Shown: positions 12,979 to 25,772 of the stretch, one piece after another
How positions within the stretch are numbered: position 1 is the first letter of the stretch
How the letters are laid out: every line of letters starts with the position of its first letter
Assembly (NCBI GenBank): GCA_051313645.2
Contig: JBNRSN020000028.1
Location: 44,082,001 to 44,146,000 of the forward strand
Length of the DNA stretch: 64,000 bases
Direction of reading: 5' to 3'
DNA from: Centroscyllium fabricii
Taxonomy: Eukaryota
Notes under the pieces: generated by a model
Seen by the model: only the letters and a program-made list of their open reading frames with translations
The model's database searches: none
Told to the model about the DNA's origin: nothing
Position numbers and translations under genes: made by a program

Positions 12979-13715
12979 GATGTTGCAGAAGGTCAGAATA
13001 TCCTGACAATTAATGTTTCTGATCATTTTCCGTAAGATTTGTCTCCTGCCGTGCAAACGATTTCCTAACCAGGACAATAATTTGACTTCACTTCCACGAG
13101 CTTCCACTTCAGTAAGATGTCACTTCTGCGGGACATTATGAAATGTCATTTGCTCCATGTCTACTAGCTAATAATCATTTGTGAACTGGGACTCATAATC
13201 CTCTTTGGTTCTCTACAGTGATTAGCTTCCAAATATTTTGAAATTAATCCAAACTATCTTAATTTGTTCCAAAGTGGATGGAACCAAACTTGCGCACAGT
13301 AAACTCGATTTGCCTTTGTTTTGCCGGCTTACTTGGTCTGTCTCTGTCTCTTTGGTTACCATCATTTCCCATTTGCACTAATAACGGACCTTCAAACTTA
13401 TTGCGTTCTTAAAACTACGATCTACAGAGTTCTACAGCTCCATCCAAGTCAATCATACATACGGTAAAAAATTGAAGATCAAATTCAATTATCTGGGGAA
13501 CGCCATTTGTCACATCTGACTCCGCTGCTAAGCAACATGTCGTTTGTGGGAGAGAGAATATTTCTGAAGTGATGCCGGTTTCAGGCAGTCAGTCTACATT
13601 TGTGGAAGAAATGCGCTGTCGAAGCTGGACAATGGAAAATAAATTTGATGTTGCAGAAGGTGCAATGATGCACTGCAAACAATTAAAGGGCTTTTGTGAA
13701 ATGTGGTTAGCAGGA

Positions 13716-13788
13716 GCCCGGATAGCTCAGTCGGTAGAGCATCAGACTTTTAATCTGAGGGCCCAGGGTACAAGTCCCTGTTCGGGCG
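13716..13788 (+). tRNA. tRNA-Lys(TTT) variant with B-box/T-loop mutation (GTACAA), probably impaired
   Basis: Matches the intact copy except GGGCCC in the variable region and GGTACAAG for GGTTCAAG. Confidence 0.8.
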
Positions 13789-15600
13789 CTACTTTTAAAT
13801 CACAAAACTGATCTCACAATTCGTGCCCTGATCACAATAAAAAGAGAAGGCCGTTTAAACCCAAGAGTCTTACTGGCACTCGATTCAATCTGCGAACCAG
13901 TTCCGATTGCAACCCTTTGCTCCTGACCCGACATTTGGTCAACAAACACTGATTAATCTCAAGTTGACAATTGGCACAGCTTTAACTGCTGTTTTCAGAA
14001 GAGTGTTACAAATACTTGCCACATTCACTTTCACTTCTCTCCTGAAGTTCTTGGATCTAATTTCGATTTTATATTGCTTACTCCTTGACGGTTTAATCAT
14101 CAGGAATTGCTGCTCGATTTCGACAGTATCATTTCCACATAATAGCGTGAATACTTCAATCAAATCACCACATAAGCTTGTACATTCCCTGGAATATAAC
14201 CCTAGTTTGAGCAATTTCCCATTGGAAATTGTCCCTTTGTTTTGCTGGCTAACTTCGTCTGGGTCAATTTACAATGGGAGATTGCTCAAAATAAGGTTAT
14301 GTTCCAGGGAATGTACAAGATTACGTGGTGATTTGATTGTATCATTCTGTTAAATCTACGCTTCACGGTTTATTCCTAATACTACATTCCTCAGGTCAAA
14401 TACCCAGAACTGTACACAGTACTGCAGGTGTGGTCTAATCCTGCTTTGTTTAGCTGTGGCATATATTCACCCTCTAATAATATAATGCTGCAGATAACGG
14501 TATCACCTTTCAGTTAGCATTAGTGAATCATTTCTGTACCTGTCCATGACCATTTAATGATATATGTACATGGCCCTTAAGTCTATTTGGATCTCAGCTC
14601 TTTCCAGTTTAACAGTATAACGACTGTATTCTAGTCGCCCCTTTTCGATCCGAAATGGATGATGTCACACTTGCCAATATCTAAATACATTTGTCAGAGG
14701 ATTGCCCGAATCTTAACCTATCATTATCTGGTCACATTTTTAAATTTCAACTAATCTGGTTTTAATGCCGCCTTGCCTTTTTTGTCATCGTCAAACTGGC
14801 ATGTGTGCAGCTCAGCCGTATCAGGTAATTCGGTTTTAAATTCGAGGAATATTTGAGGTCCCTAGCGAGATAACTCAGATATACCGCTTCTTATATCCTG
14901 CCAATTAATGTTTCTGATCATTATCCGTAAGATTTGTCTCCTGTCGTGCAAACAATTTCCTAACCAGGACAATAATTTGACATCACTTCCACGAGCTTCC
15001 ACTTCAGTAAGATGTCACTTCTGCGGGACATTATGAAATTTAATTTGCTTCATGTCTACTCGCTAATAATCATTTGTGAGCTGGGGTTCATAATCCTCTT
15101 TGGTTCCCAACAGTGATTAGCTTCCAATTATTTAGAAATTAATCCAAACTATCTAATATGTTCCAAAGTGGATGGAACCAAACTTGCGCACAGTGAACTC
15201 GATTTCCCTTGGTTTTGCTGGCTTACTCCGTCTGTCTCTGTCTCTTTGGTTACCACCATTTCCCAATTGCACCAATAACGGAACTTCAAACTTATTGCGT
15301 TCTTCAAACTACGATCTACAGAGTTCTGCTGCTCCATCCAAGTCAATCATACATACGGTGAAAAATTGAAGATCATGTTCAATTATCTGGGGGACGGCAT
15401 TTGTCACAGCTGACTCCGCTGCTAAGCAACATTTCGTTTATGGGAGGGAGAATTTTTCTGAAGTGATGGCGGTTTCAGGCAGCCAGTCTGCATTTGTGGA
15501 AGAAAGGCGCTGTCGAGGCTGGATTATGGACAATAAATTTGATGTTGCAATGACGCACTGCAACCAGTAAAAGGGCTTTGGTGAACTTTGTTGAGCATTT

Positions 15601-15673
15601 GCCCGGATAGCTCAGTCGGTAGAACATCAGACTTTTAATCTGAGGGTCCAGGGTTCAAGACTCTGTTCGGGCG
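15601..15673 (+). tRNA. tRNA-Lys(TTT) variant (D-stem G>A, T-arm changes)
   Basis: ...GGTAGAACATCAGACTTTTAATCTG...GGTTCAAGACTCTGTTCGGGCG, followed by TTTT. Confidence 0.8.
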
Positions 15674-15899
15674 CTGCTTTTAAATCACAATACTGATCTC
15701 ACAATTCGTACACTGATCACAATAAAAAGCGAAGGCCGTTAAAAACCACGAGCCTCACTGCCAATCGCTTCAATCTGTGAACCAGTTCCGATTGCAGCCC
15801 TTTGCTCCTGACCTTCGATTTGGTCAACAAACACTTATTAATCTCAAGTTGCCAATTGGCACAGCTTTAAGTGCTGCTTTGATAAGTGTGTTTCAAATA

Positions 15900-16152
15900 C
15901 ATAGAATCATAGAAAAATAGAAGATAGGAGCAGGAGTAGGCCAGTCGACCCTTCGAGTCTGCTCCGCCATTCAATGAGATCATGGCTGATCACCCAAACC
16001 CAGTACCATATCGTTGCCATATCCCCTGATCCCTATCGAACCTGCATCAACACATATCCCACCCTGTCCTCGTAACCCCACATATTCAATCCCCCTAACA
16101 TTAAGGGTCAATTTATTATGGCAAATCAACCTAACGCGCACATCTTTGGACT
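15900..16152 (-). mobile_element. 5'-truncated HE1-type SINE
   Basis: Reverse complement of the 3' half and CR1-like tail of the SINE at 41908; inserted into the spacer sequence AAATAC|TTGCCAC. Confidence 0.85.
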
Positions 16153-16811
16153 TGCCACATTAAATTCCACTTCTCTGCTGTAGTGTTTGGATCTAATGTT
16201 GATTCGCTATCCCTTACACGTTTTGCGGGACTTTATGAAATGTAATTTGCTCCATGTCTACTAGTTAATAATTATTTGTGAACTGGGACTCATAACCTTC
16301 TTTGGGTCTCTACAGTGTATAGCTTCCAATTATTCTGAAAATAATCCAAACTATCTTAATTTGTTCCAAAGTGGATGGAGCCACACTTGCGCACAGTGAA
16401 ATTGATTTGCCTTTGTTCTGCTGGCTTACTTCGTCTGTCTCTGTCGCTTTGGTTACCATCATATCCCATTTGCACCAATAACGGACCGTCAGACTTATTG
16501 CGATCTTCACACTCTGATCTACCGAGTTCTATTGCTCCATCAAAATCAATCATAAATACGGTGAAAAATAAAAGATCAAGTTAAATTATCTGGGGGACGG
16601 CATTTCTCACATCGGACTCCGCCGCTAAACAGCATGACATTTGTGGGAGAGAGAATATTTCTGAAGTGATGGCGGTTCAAGTAGTCAATCTGCAATTGTG
16701 GAAGAAATGCGCTGTAGAGGCTGGATTATGGACAGGAAATGTGAAATTGCAGAACGTGCAATGAGGCACTGCAAGCAATAAAAGGGCTTTTGTGAACCTG
16801 GTTTAGCAAGG

Positions 16812-16884
16812 GCCCGGATAGCTCAGTCGGTAGAGCATCAGACTTTTAATCTGAGGGTCCAGGGTTCAAGTCCCTGTTCGGGCG
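16812..16884 (+). tRNA. TRK-TTT: tRNA-Lys(TTT), intact canonical vertebrate sequence
   Basis: GCCCGGATAGCTCAGTCGGTAGAGCATCAGACTTTTAATCTGAGGGTCCAGGGTTCAAGTCCCTGTTCGGGCG: full cloverleaf with intact A and B boxes. Confidence 0.97.
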
Positions 16885-16888
16885 CTGA

Positions 16889-16892
16889 TTTT
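16889..16892 (+). terminator. Pol III terminator (TTTT), representative of array copies
   Basis: T4 run 4 nt after the tRNA 3' end; the same position is conserved in most copies. Confidence 0.75.
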
Positions 16893-18738
16893 AAATCACA
16901 ATACTGACCTCACAGTTCGGACACAGGTCGCAATAACAAGAGTCGGCCGTTTGAACCCACGAGCCTTACTGCCATTCAATTCAATCTATGAACCAGTTCC
17001 GTTTGCAGCTCTTTGCTCCTGACCCTACGTTTGGTTAACAAACACTTATTAATCGCAAGATGGCAATTGGCACAGCTTTAACTGCTGTTTTGAGAAGTGT
17101 GTTACAAATACTTGCCACATTCACTTTCACTTCTCTCCTTAAGGTCTTGGATCTAATGTTGATTCGATGTCCCTTACTCCTTGACGGTTCAATCATCAGG
17201 AATAACTTCTCGCTATCGACAGTATCAGTTCCACATAATAGCGTGAACACTTCAATCAATTCACCACATAAGCTTGTACATTCCATGGAATATAAACCTA
17301 TTTTGTGTAATCTCCCATTGTAAATTGCCCCTTTGGAATCTATGTTAAATCTACGCTTCAATTTTTATGCCTCATACTACTTTCTTCAGGTCAAATGCCC
17401 AGAACTGTACACAGTACGGCAGGTGTGGTCTAATCCGAGCTTTGTTTAGCTGTGGCATAAATTGTCCCTCTAATAATGTAATCCTGCAGATAACGGTATC
17501 ACCTTTCAGTTTGCATCTGTGGATCATTTCTGTACCTGTCCATGACCACTTCATGATATATATCCATGGCCCTTAAGTCTGTTTCGATCTCAGCTCTTTC
17601 CATCTTAACAGTATAACGAGTGTATTCTAGACGCCCCTTTTAGATCCGAAATGAATGAAGGCAAAATTGTCAATATTTTTAAGAAATCTGTCAAATAATT
17701 GACCAAATCTTAAAATATGAATATCTGGTCAAATTTTTAACTTCCACCTAATCTGCTTTTAATGCCGCCTGTCATTTTTGTCATCGTTAAACTGGCATAT
17801 GTGCCACTCAGCCGTATCAAGTAATTCGGTAGTAAAATCGAAGAATATTTGAGGTCCCTAGCGAGATAAATCAGAGAAACCGCTTCTTCTATTCTGCCAA
17901 TTTGTCACAGATGGCATTCCCCTTTAAGGAATCCATTTTGGAATTCTAGGTTTTGTTTCTCTGTTTTGATTCATTGTATCTCAATTAACTGTTTCACATA
18001 CCTGTGTGTTCCTGGTTCTCAATACCTGCAGCTTATTGGCTAGCACTAAATAATCTGGTTTGCCTGTTTGGCTTATAAGCTGGGTGCTTTGACCAGGCAG
18101 GTGCCGGATCATTAGATTTTACTTACTACTCATTACTACGAACTACTGGAAGGAGTGGTTGCTGTCTGAGCTTCTGGAGAGGCAATGGGTTTGGGCGTTC
18201 CCCTGCCTTGTAGATGATGTATTCTCTTCTGGAATCTCGATTAGAGTAAGTCTTAGCTGTGGAGCGGACTTCGGAGAACTACGGTTGTCTACATTCTGGA
18301 CATTGCACTTTACCTCCTGAACTCAGGATTGGACTTTCCATTAGTTAAGTAAGGGCGTTCCCCTGCTAAGTGGATCATGGATTCTCGTTCTGTGAACTCC
18401 GTTGGGTTAAGTCCCCGCGGTGGAGCGGATTTTGAAGAGATCCTTGTTCTACTTCCTGGACATTGGTCGTGATCACCCGAACTGAGGTTTGGACGTTTCA
18501 GTAGGGTATGTGGGGAGTTTCCTTGTTTGTGAAGATGGATTCTCTCTCAGAAGACTCCGTTGGAGTGAGTTTCTGCTGTAGGGCGAACTCGGGAGTATTC
18601 CTAAATTCAACATCCTGGACATTGCTCGCACCCACCTGAACTCAGCGCTGGACATGTATTTCACAACACTATGATGCACTTGGCTGCGTACCATTCCATG
18701 CACCAAGGGAAGTCTTGTACCAGTTGGGAAGAGAACTT

Positions 18739-20357
18739 CATAGAATCATAGAAATTTTACAGTGCGGATAAGGGCCATTCGGCCCATCCAGTCCGCACCG
18801 GCCCAGAAAAACTCCTCACTGTACTAACCCCAATTGCCCGCACCTGGCCCATAACCCTGTATGTTATGGTCCTTCATGTGCTGGTCCAAGTATTTTTTAA
18901 ATGTTGTGATGGTTCCTGCCTCCACCACCCTCACAGGCAGGGAGTTCCAGACTTCCACCACCCTCTGGGTAAAGAAATTTCTCCTTACCTCCCCCCTAAA
19001 CCTCCCCCCCCTGATCTTGAATCTATGTCCCCTAGTACTTGACTCTCCCACTAGGGGAAACAATGCCCCTTTGTCTACCCTATCGTGTCCCCTCATGATC
19101 TTGTACACCTCAATCATGTCACCCCTCCACCTTCTCTTCTCCAAGGCAAACAACCCCAGCCTGTCCAGCCTTTCTTCGTAGCATAAGTCCCCCAGACCAG
19201 GTATCATCCTGGTAAACCTTCTCTGCACCCTTTCCAGGGCAACCACATCCTTCCTGAAGTGCGGTGACCAGAACTGCACACAGTACTCCAGCTGAGGTCT
19301 CACCAGTGTGTTATACAAGTTTAACATTACCTCCCTACTTTTGTATACTATGCCCTGGTTAATAAAGGCGAGAATTCCGTATGCCTTCTTAACCACCTTG
19401 TTAACGTGTCCAGCAACCTTCAGGGAGCTGTGCACCTGTACCACCAGGTCCCTCTGTTCCTCGGTCCTATTTAACGTTTTGTTGTTCATGGTATTTTCCC
19501 TTACCCCATTTGGTCTACCGAATTGAATGACCTCGCATTTCTCTGGGTTGAACTCCATTTGCCATTTTTCTGCCCAATTAACCATTATATCTATATCCTC
19601 CTGAAGCCCCTTACTATCCTCATCGTTGTTTACCACCCTTCCGATTTTCGTATCATCAGCGAATTTGCTGATCATACCCCCTACTCCCATATCCAAATCG
19701 TTGATGTATACTAGAAACAGTAAGGGTCCCAAAACCGATCCTTGGGGGACGCCACTGGTTACTGGTTTCCAGTCACAGAAGCAGCCCTCTACCATTACCC
19801 TTTGTCTCCTATCCCCCAGCCAATTTTCGATCCACTGTGCCAAGTTGCCCTGTATCCCGTGCGCTCTAACTTTTGTTATTAGTCTCCTATGTGGGACTTT
19901 ATCAAAAGCTTTGCTAAAGTCCATATACACTACGTCCACAGTACTCCTTTCATCCACCCTCTTTGTTACCTCCTCAAAGAATTCCAACAGATTGGTCAGG
20001 CACGACTTACCTTTGACGAAGCCATGCTGACTGTCTCTTATTAGACCTTGTTTGTCCAAATGCGAACTGATTTTGTCCCTCAGAATTTTTTCCATTACTT
20101 TCCCTACTACAGATGTAAGACTAATTGGCCTATCGTTACCCGGTTTGTCCCTACTACCCTTTTTAAACAGGGGTACTACATTAGCCGTTCTCCAGTCCTC
20201 AGGAACATCCCCTGAAGCGAGAGAGGTCCTGAAGATTTGAGACAGGGGGCCCGCAAGCTCCTCCCTGGCCTCGAACAGCAGCCTGGGGAACATTGCGTCC
20301 GGCCCTGGTGATTTGTCCACCTTTAAGCCTCCCAAGATTTCTAGAACTTCTTCCCTT
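18739..20357 (-). mobile_element. Young 5'-truncated CR1 LINE insertion
   Basis: (TTCTATGA)-type tail at 18739, flanked by GAGAACTT/GAAAACTT (probable TSD). Absent from the other five LTR copies. Confidence 0.93.
18824..20335 (-). CDS. CR1 ORF2 reverse transcriptase, uninterrupted 503-aa C-terminal part (5'-truncated, not a complete gene)
   Basis: KSPGPD, QHGFVKGKSCLTNL, YMDFSKAFDKVPH, GVPQGSVLGP, KFADDTK and RGHRFK in one open frame. Confidence 0.9.
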   Translation of the reverse strand: MGGLKVDKSPGPDAMFPRLLFEAREELAGPLSQIFRTSLASGDVPEDWRTANVVPLFKKGSRDKPGNDRPISLTSVVGKVMEKILRDKISSHLDKQGLIRDSQHGFVKGKSCLTNLLEFFEEVTKRVDERSTVDVVYMDFSKAFDKVPHRRLITKVRAHGIQGNLAQWIENWLGDRRQRVMVEGCFCDWKPVTSGVPQGSVLGPLLFLVYINDLDMGVGGMISKFADDTKIGRVVNNDEDSKGLQEDIDIMVNWAEKWQMEFNPEKCEVIQFGRPNGVRENTMNNKTLNRTEEQRDLVVQVHSSLKVAGHVNKVVKKAYGILAFINQGIVYKSREVMLNLYNTLVRPQLEYCVQFWSPHFRKDVVALERVQRRFTRMIPGLGDLCYEERLDRLGLFALEKRRWRGDMIEVYKIMRGHDRVDKGALFPLVGESSTRGHRFKIRGGRFRGEVRRNFFTQRVVEVWNSLPVRVVEAGTITTFKKYLDQHMKDHNIQGYGPGAGNWG

Positions 20358-22591
20358 GAAAACTTGTTTTCTGTTATGATGCGCTTGGTTGCGTATCATT
20401 CCACGCACTATGGAAAGTTTTGTACCAGTTCGGAAAAGAACTTGTTTTCTGTTTCTAACTTTGTATGCCATTATATTGTTTTAAACTTTTTGAATGTATG
20501 CATGTATGTTATTTCATTACTGTTTGGTATATAAAGGATTTAAGACCTAGACAGTTTTATCAGTGTCTTTGCATTTGGGCCCCACACCCCACCGTTACAG
20601 AATGATCCGGCCAACATGGGGGCCCAGCAGACACTGAAGCGTCTAGCGCTCCTCGGATTCTTTTATACCTGGAGGACGGTTGGTCCCTCCTCTCCACCCC
20701 TCCACCCACATTCTTTCGGTATTTCGGTACTTGGGACGTCAGCAGTCGTCCTTTGAGGGGGGGGGGGTTCTGTCACAGATGGCATTCCCCTTTAAGGAAT
20801 CCATTTTGGAATTCTAGGTTTTGTATCTCTGTTTTGATTCATTGTATCTCAATTAACTGTTTCACATACCTGTGTGTTCCTGGTTCTCAATACCTGCAGC
20901 TTATTGGCTAGCACTAAATAATCTGGTTTGCCTGTTTGGCTTATAAGCTGGGTGCTTTGACCAGGCAGGTGCCGGATCATTAGATTCTACTTACTACTCA
21001 TTACTACGAACTACTGGAAGGAGTGGTTGCTGTCTGAGCTTCTGGAGAGGCAATGGGTTTGGGCGTTCCCCTGCCTTGTAGATGATGTATTCTCTTCTGG
21101 AATCTCGATTAGAGTAAGTCTTAGCTGTGGAGCGGACTTCGGAGAACTACGGTTGTCTACATTCTGGACATTGCACTTTACCTCCTGAACTCAGGTTTGG
21201 ACTTTCCATTAGTTAAGTAAGGGCGTTCCCCTGCTAAGTGGATCATGGATTCTCGTTCTGTGAACTCCGTTGGGTTAAGTCCCCGCGGTGGAGCGGACTT
21301 TGAAGAGATCCTTGTTCTACTTCCAGGACATTGGTCGTGATCACCCGAACTGAGGTTTGGACGTTTCAGTAGGGTATGTGGGGAGTTTCCTTGTTTGTGA
21401 AGATGGATTCTCTCTCAGAAGACTCCGTTGGAGTGAGTTTCTGCTGTAGGGCGAACTCGGGAGTATTCCTAAATTCAACATCCTGGACATTGCTCGCACC
21501 CACCTGAACTCAGGGTTGGACATGTATTTCACAACACTATGATGCGCTTGGCTGCGTACCATTCCATGCACCAAGGGAAGTCTTGTACCAGTTCGGAAGA
21601 GAACTTGTTTTCTGTTATGATGCGCTTGGTTGCGTATCATTCCACGCACTATGGAAATTTTTGTACCAGTTCGGGAAAGAACTTGTTTTCTGTTTCTAAC
21701 TTTGTATGCCATTTAATATTGTTTTGTAACTTTTTGAATGTATGCATGTATGTTTTTTCATTACTGTTTGGTATATAAAGGATTTAAGACCTAGACAGTT
21801 TGATCAGTGTCTTTGCATTTGGGACCCACACCCCACCGTTACACAATTAAAGTTACTGATTATTATCCGTAAGCTTTGTCTCCTGTCGTGCAAAGGATTT
21901 CCTAACCAGGACAATAATTTGACTTCACTTCCACGAATTTCAACTTCAGTTAGATGTCACCTATGCGGGAGATTGTGAAATTTCATTTGCTCCATGTCTA
22001 CTAGCTAATAATGATTTGTGAACTGGGACTCATAATCCTCTTTGGTTCGGAACAGTGAATAGCTTCCAATTATTTAGAATATAATTCACTGTTTAAATTG
22101 TGTTTTAAATATGTGACTATAAAATTTAACTTTAACTTTAATGTATCTTAATATGTTCGAAAGTCGATGGGGCCGCACTTGCGCACAGTGAACTCGATTT
22201 GCCTTTGTTTTGCTGGCTTACTTCGTCTGTGTCTGTCTCTTTGGTTACCTACATTTCCCATTTGCCGTAATAACGGACCTTCAAACATATTGCGATCCTC
22301 AAACTACGATCTACAGCCTTCAAGTCAATCATAAATACGGTGAAAAATTGAAGATCACATTCAATTATCTGGGGGACGGCATTTCTCACATCTGACTCCG
22401 CTGCTAAGCAGCATGTCGTTTGTGGGAGGGAGGGTATTTCTGAAATGATGGCGGTTTCAGGCAATCAGTCTGCATTTGTGGAAGAAATGCGCTGTCGAAG
22501 CTGGACAATGGAAAATAAATTTGATGTTGCAGAAGGTGCAATGATGCACTGCAAACAAATAAAGGGCTTTTGTGAAATGTGATTAGCAAGA

Positions 22592-22664
22592 GCCTGGATA
22601 GCTCAGTCGGTAGAACATCAAACTTTTAATCTGAGGGCCCAGGGTTCAAGTCCCTGCTCGGGCG
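22592..22664 (+). pseudogene. tRNA-Lys(TTT) degenerate copy
   Basis: GCCTGGATAG...GGTAGAACATCAAACTTTTAATCTG...CCCTGCTCGGGCG has D-, anticodon- and acceptor-stem mismatches. Confidence 0.8.
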
Positions 22665-24475
22665 CTGCTTTTAAATCACAAAACTGATCTCACAATTCGC
22701 ACACTGATCACAATAAAAAGAGAAAGCCGTTTAAACCCACGAGCCTTACTGGCACTCGATTCAATCTGCGAACCAGTTCCGTTTGCAACCCTTTGCTCCT
22801 GACCCAACATTTGGTCAACAAACACTGATTAATCTCAAGTTGACAATTGGCACAGCTTTAACTGCTGTTTTCAGAAGAGTGTTCAAATACTTGCCACATT
22901 CACTTTCACTTCTCTCCGGAAGGTCTTGGATCTCATTTCGATTTTATATCGCTTACTCCTTGACGGTTTAATCATCAGGAATAGCTGCTCGATTTCGACA
23001 GTATCATTTCCACATAATAGCGTGAATACTTCAATCAAATCACCACATAAGCTTGTACATTCCCTGGAATATAACCCTAGTTTGAGCAATTTCCCATTGG
23101 AAATTGTCCCTTTGTTTTGCTGGCTAACTTCGTCTGGGTCAATTTACAATGGGAGATTGCTCAAAATAGGGTTATACTCCATGGAATGTACAAGATTACG
23201 TGGTGATTTGATTGTATCATTCTGTTAAATCTACGCTTCACGGTTTATTCCTAATACTACATTCCTCAGGTCAAATACCCAGAACTGTACAGAGTACTGC
23301 AGGTGTGGTCTAATCCTGCTTTGTTTAGCTGTGGCATATATTCACCCTCTAATAATATAATGCTGCAGATAACGGTATCACCTTTCAGTTAGCATTAGTG
23401 AATCATTTCTGTACCTGTCCATGACCATTTAATGATATATGTACATGGCCCTTAAGTCTATTTGGATCTCAGCTCTTTCCAGTTTAACAGTATAACGACT
23501 GTATTCTAGTCGCCCCTTTTCGATCCGAAATGGATGATGTCACACTTGCCAATATCTAAATACATTTGTCAGAGAATTGCCCGAATCTTAATCTATCATT
23601 ATCTGGTCACATTTTTAAATTTCACCTAATCTGGTTTTAATGCCGCCTTGCCTTTTTTGTCATCGTCAAACTGGCATGTGTGCAGCTCAGCCGTATCAGG
23701 TAATTCGGTTGTAAATTCGAGGAATATTTGAGGTCCCTAGCGAGATAACTCAGATATACCGCTTCTTATATCCTGCCAATTAATGTTTCTGATCATTATC
23801 CGTAAGATTTGTCTCCTGTCGTGCAAACAATTTCCTAACCAGGACAATAATTTGACATCACTTCCACGAGCTTCCACTTCAGTAAGATGTCACTTCTGCG
23901 GGACATTATGAAATTTCATTTGCTTCATGTCTACTCGCTAATAATCATTTGTGAGCTGGGGTTCATAATCCTCTTTGGTTCCCAACAGTGATTAGCTTCC
24001 AATTATTTAGAAATTATTCCAAACTATCTAATTTGTTCCAAAGTGGATGGAACCAAACTTGCGCACAGTGAACTCGATTTCCCTTGGTTTTGCTGGCTTA
24101 CTCCGTCTGTCTCTGTCTCTTTGGTTGCCACCATTTCCCAATTGCACCAATAACGGACCTTCAAACTTATTGCGTTCTTCAAACTACGATCTACAGAGTT
24201 CAGCTGCTCCATCCAAGTCAATCATACATACGGAGAAAAATTGAAGATCATGTTCAATTATCTGGGGGACGGCATTTGTCACAGCTGACTCCGCTGCTAA
24301 GCAACATTTCCTTTATGGGAGGGAGAATTTTTCTGAAGTGATGGCGGTTTCAGGCAGCCAGTCTGCATTTGTGGAAGAAAGGCGCTGTCGAGGCTGGATT
24401 ATGGACAATAAATTTGATGTTGCAATGACGCACTGCAACCAGTAAAAGGGCTTTGGCGAACTTTGTTGAGCATTT

Positions 24476-24548
24476 GCCCGGATAGCTCAGTCGGTAGAAC
24501 ATCAGACTTTTAATCTGAGGGTCCAGGGTTCAAGACTCTGTTCGGGCG
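24476..24548 (+). tRNA. tRNA-Lys(TTT) variant, same allele as 15601
   Basis: Same sequence and flanks as the 15601 copy. Confidence 0.8.
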
Positions 24549-24774
24549 CTGCTTTTAAATCACAATACTGATCTCACAATTCGTACACTGATCACAATAA
24601 AAAGCGAAGGCCGTTAAAAACCACGAGCCTCACTGCCAATCGCTTCAATCTGTGAACCAGTTCCGATTGCAGCCCTTTGCTCCTGACCTTCGATTTGGTC
24701 AACAAACACTTATTAATCTCAAGTTGCCAATTGGCACAGCTTTAAGTGCTGCTTTGATAAGTGTGTTTCAAATA

Positions 24775-25027
24775 CATAGAATCATAGAAAAATAGAAGAT
24801 AGGAGCAGGAGTAGGCCAGTCGACCCTTCGAGTCTGCTCCGCCATTCAATGAGATCATGGCTGATCATCCAAACCCAGTACCATATCGTTGCCATATCCC
24901 CTGATCCCTATCGAACCTGCATCAACACATATCCCACCCTGTCCTCGTAACCCCACATATTCAATCCCCCTAACATTAAGGGTCAATTTATTATGGCAAA
25001 TCAACCTAACGCGCACATCTTTGGACT
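24775..25027 (-). mobile_element. 5'-truncated HE1-type SINE (duplicate of 15900)
   Basis: Same insertion point and sequence as 15900-16152. Confidence 0.85.
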
Positions 25028-25686
25028 TGCCACATTAAATTCCACTTCTCTGCTGTAGTGTTTGGATCTAATGTTGATTCGATATCCCTTACACCTTTTG
25101 CGGGGCTTTATGAAATGTAATTTGCTCCATGTCTACTAGTTAATAATTATTTGTGAACTGGGACTCATAACCTTCTTTGGGTCTCTACAGTGTATAGCTT
25201 CCAATTATTCTGAAAACAATCCAAACTATCTTAATTTGTTCCAAAGTGGATGGAGCCACACTTGCGCACAGTGAACTTGATTTGCCTTTGTTCTGCTGGC
25301 TTACTTCGTCTGTCTCTGTCGCTTTGGTTACCATCATATCCCATTTGCACCAATAACGGACCGTCAGACTTATTGCGATCTTCAAACTCTGATCTACCGA
25401 GTTCTATTGCTCCATCAAAATCAATCATAAATACGGTGAAAAATAAAAGATCAAGTTAAATTATCTGGGGGACGGCATTTCTCACATCGGACTCCGCTGC
25501 TAAACAGCATGACATTTGTGGGAGAGAGAATATTTCTGAAGTGATGGCGGTTCAAGTAGTCAATCTGCAATTGTGGAAGAAATGCGCTGTAGAGGCTGGA
25601 TTATGGACAGGAAATGTGAAATTGCAGAACGTGCAATGAGGCACTGCAAGCAATAAAAGGGCTTTTGTGAACCTGGTTTAGCAAGG

Positions 25687-25772
25687 GCCCGGATAGCTCA
25701 GTTGGTAGAGCATCAGACTTTTAATCTGAGGGTCCAGGGTTCGGGTCCAGGGTTCAAGTCCCTGTTCGGGCG
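25687..25772 (+). tRNA. tRNA-Lys(TTT) with a 13-nt internal tandem duplication (86 nt)
   Basis: ...TCTGA GGGTCCAGGGTTC GGGTCCAGGGTTC AAGTCCCTGTTCGGGCG. Confidence 0.85.

Larger units (their letters stand above)
17903..21843 (+). mobile_element. Non-autonomous two-LTR element (Tf1/sushi-like), copy 1; 5' LTR interrupted by CR1
   Basis: TGTCAC...GTTACA LTRs at 17903-20599 and 20771-21843. The 171-bp interior has a PBS and a G-run PPT. 5-bp TSD CAATT. Confidence 0.9.

Noticed and set aside
21341-21712. 123-aa minus-strand ORF repeated in the LTR copies
   Set aside because: It lies inside near-identical LTR copies, spans a 78-bp tandem repeat and has no recognisable domain. The conservation reflects recent duplication.
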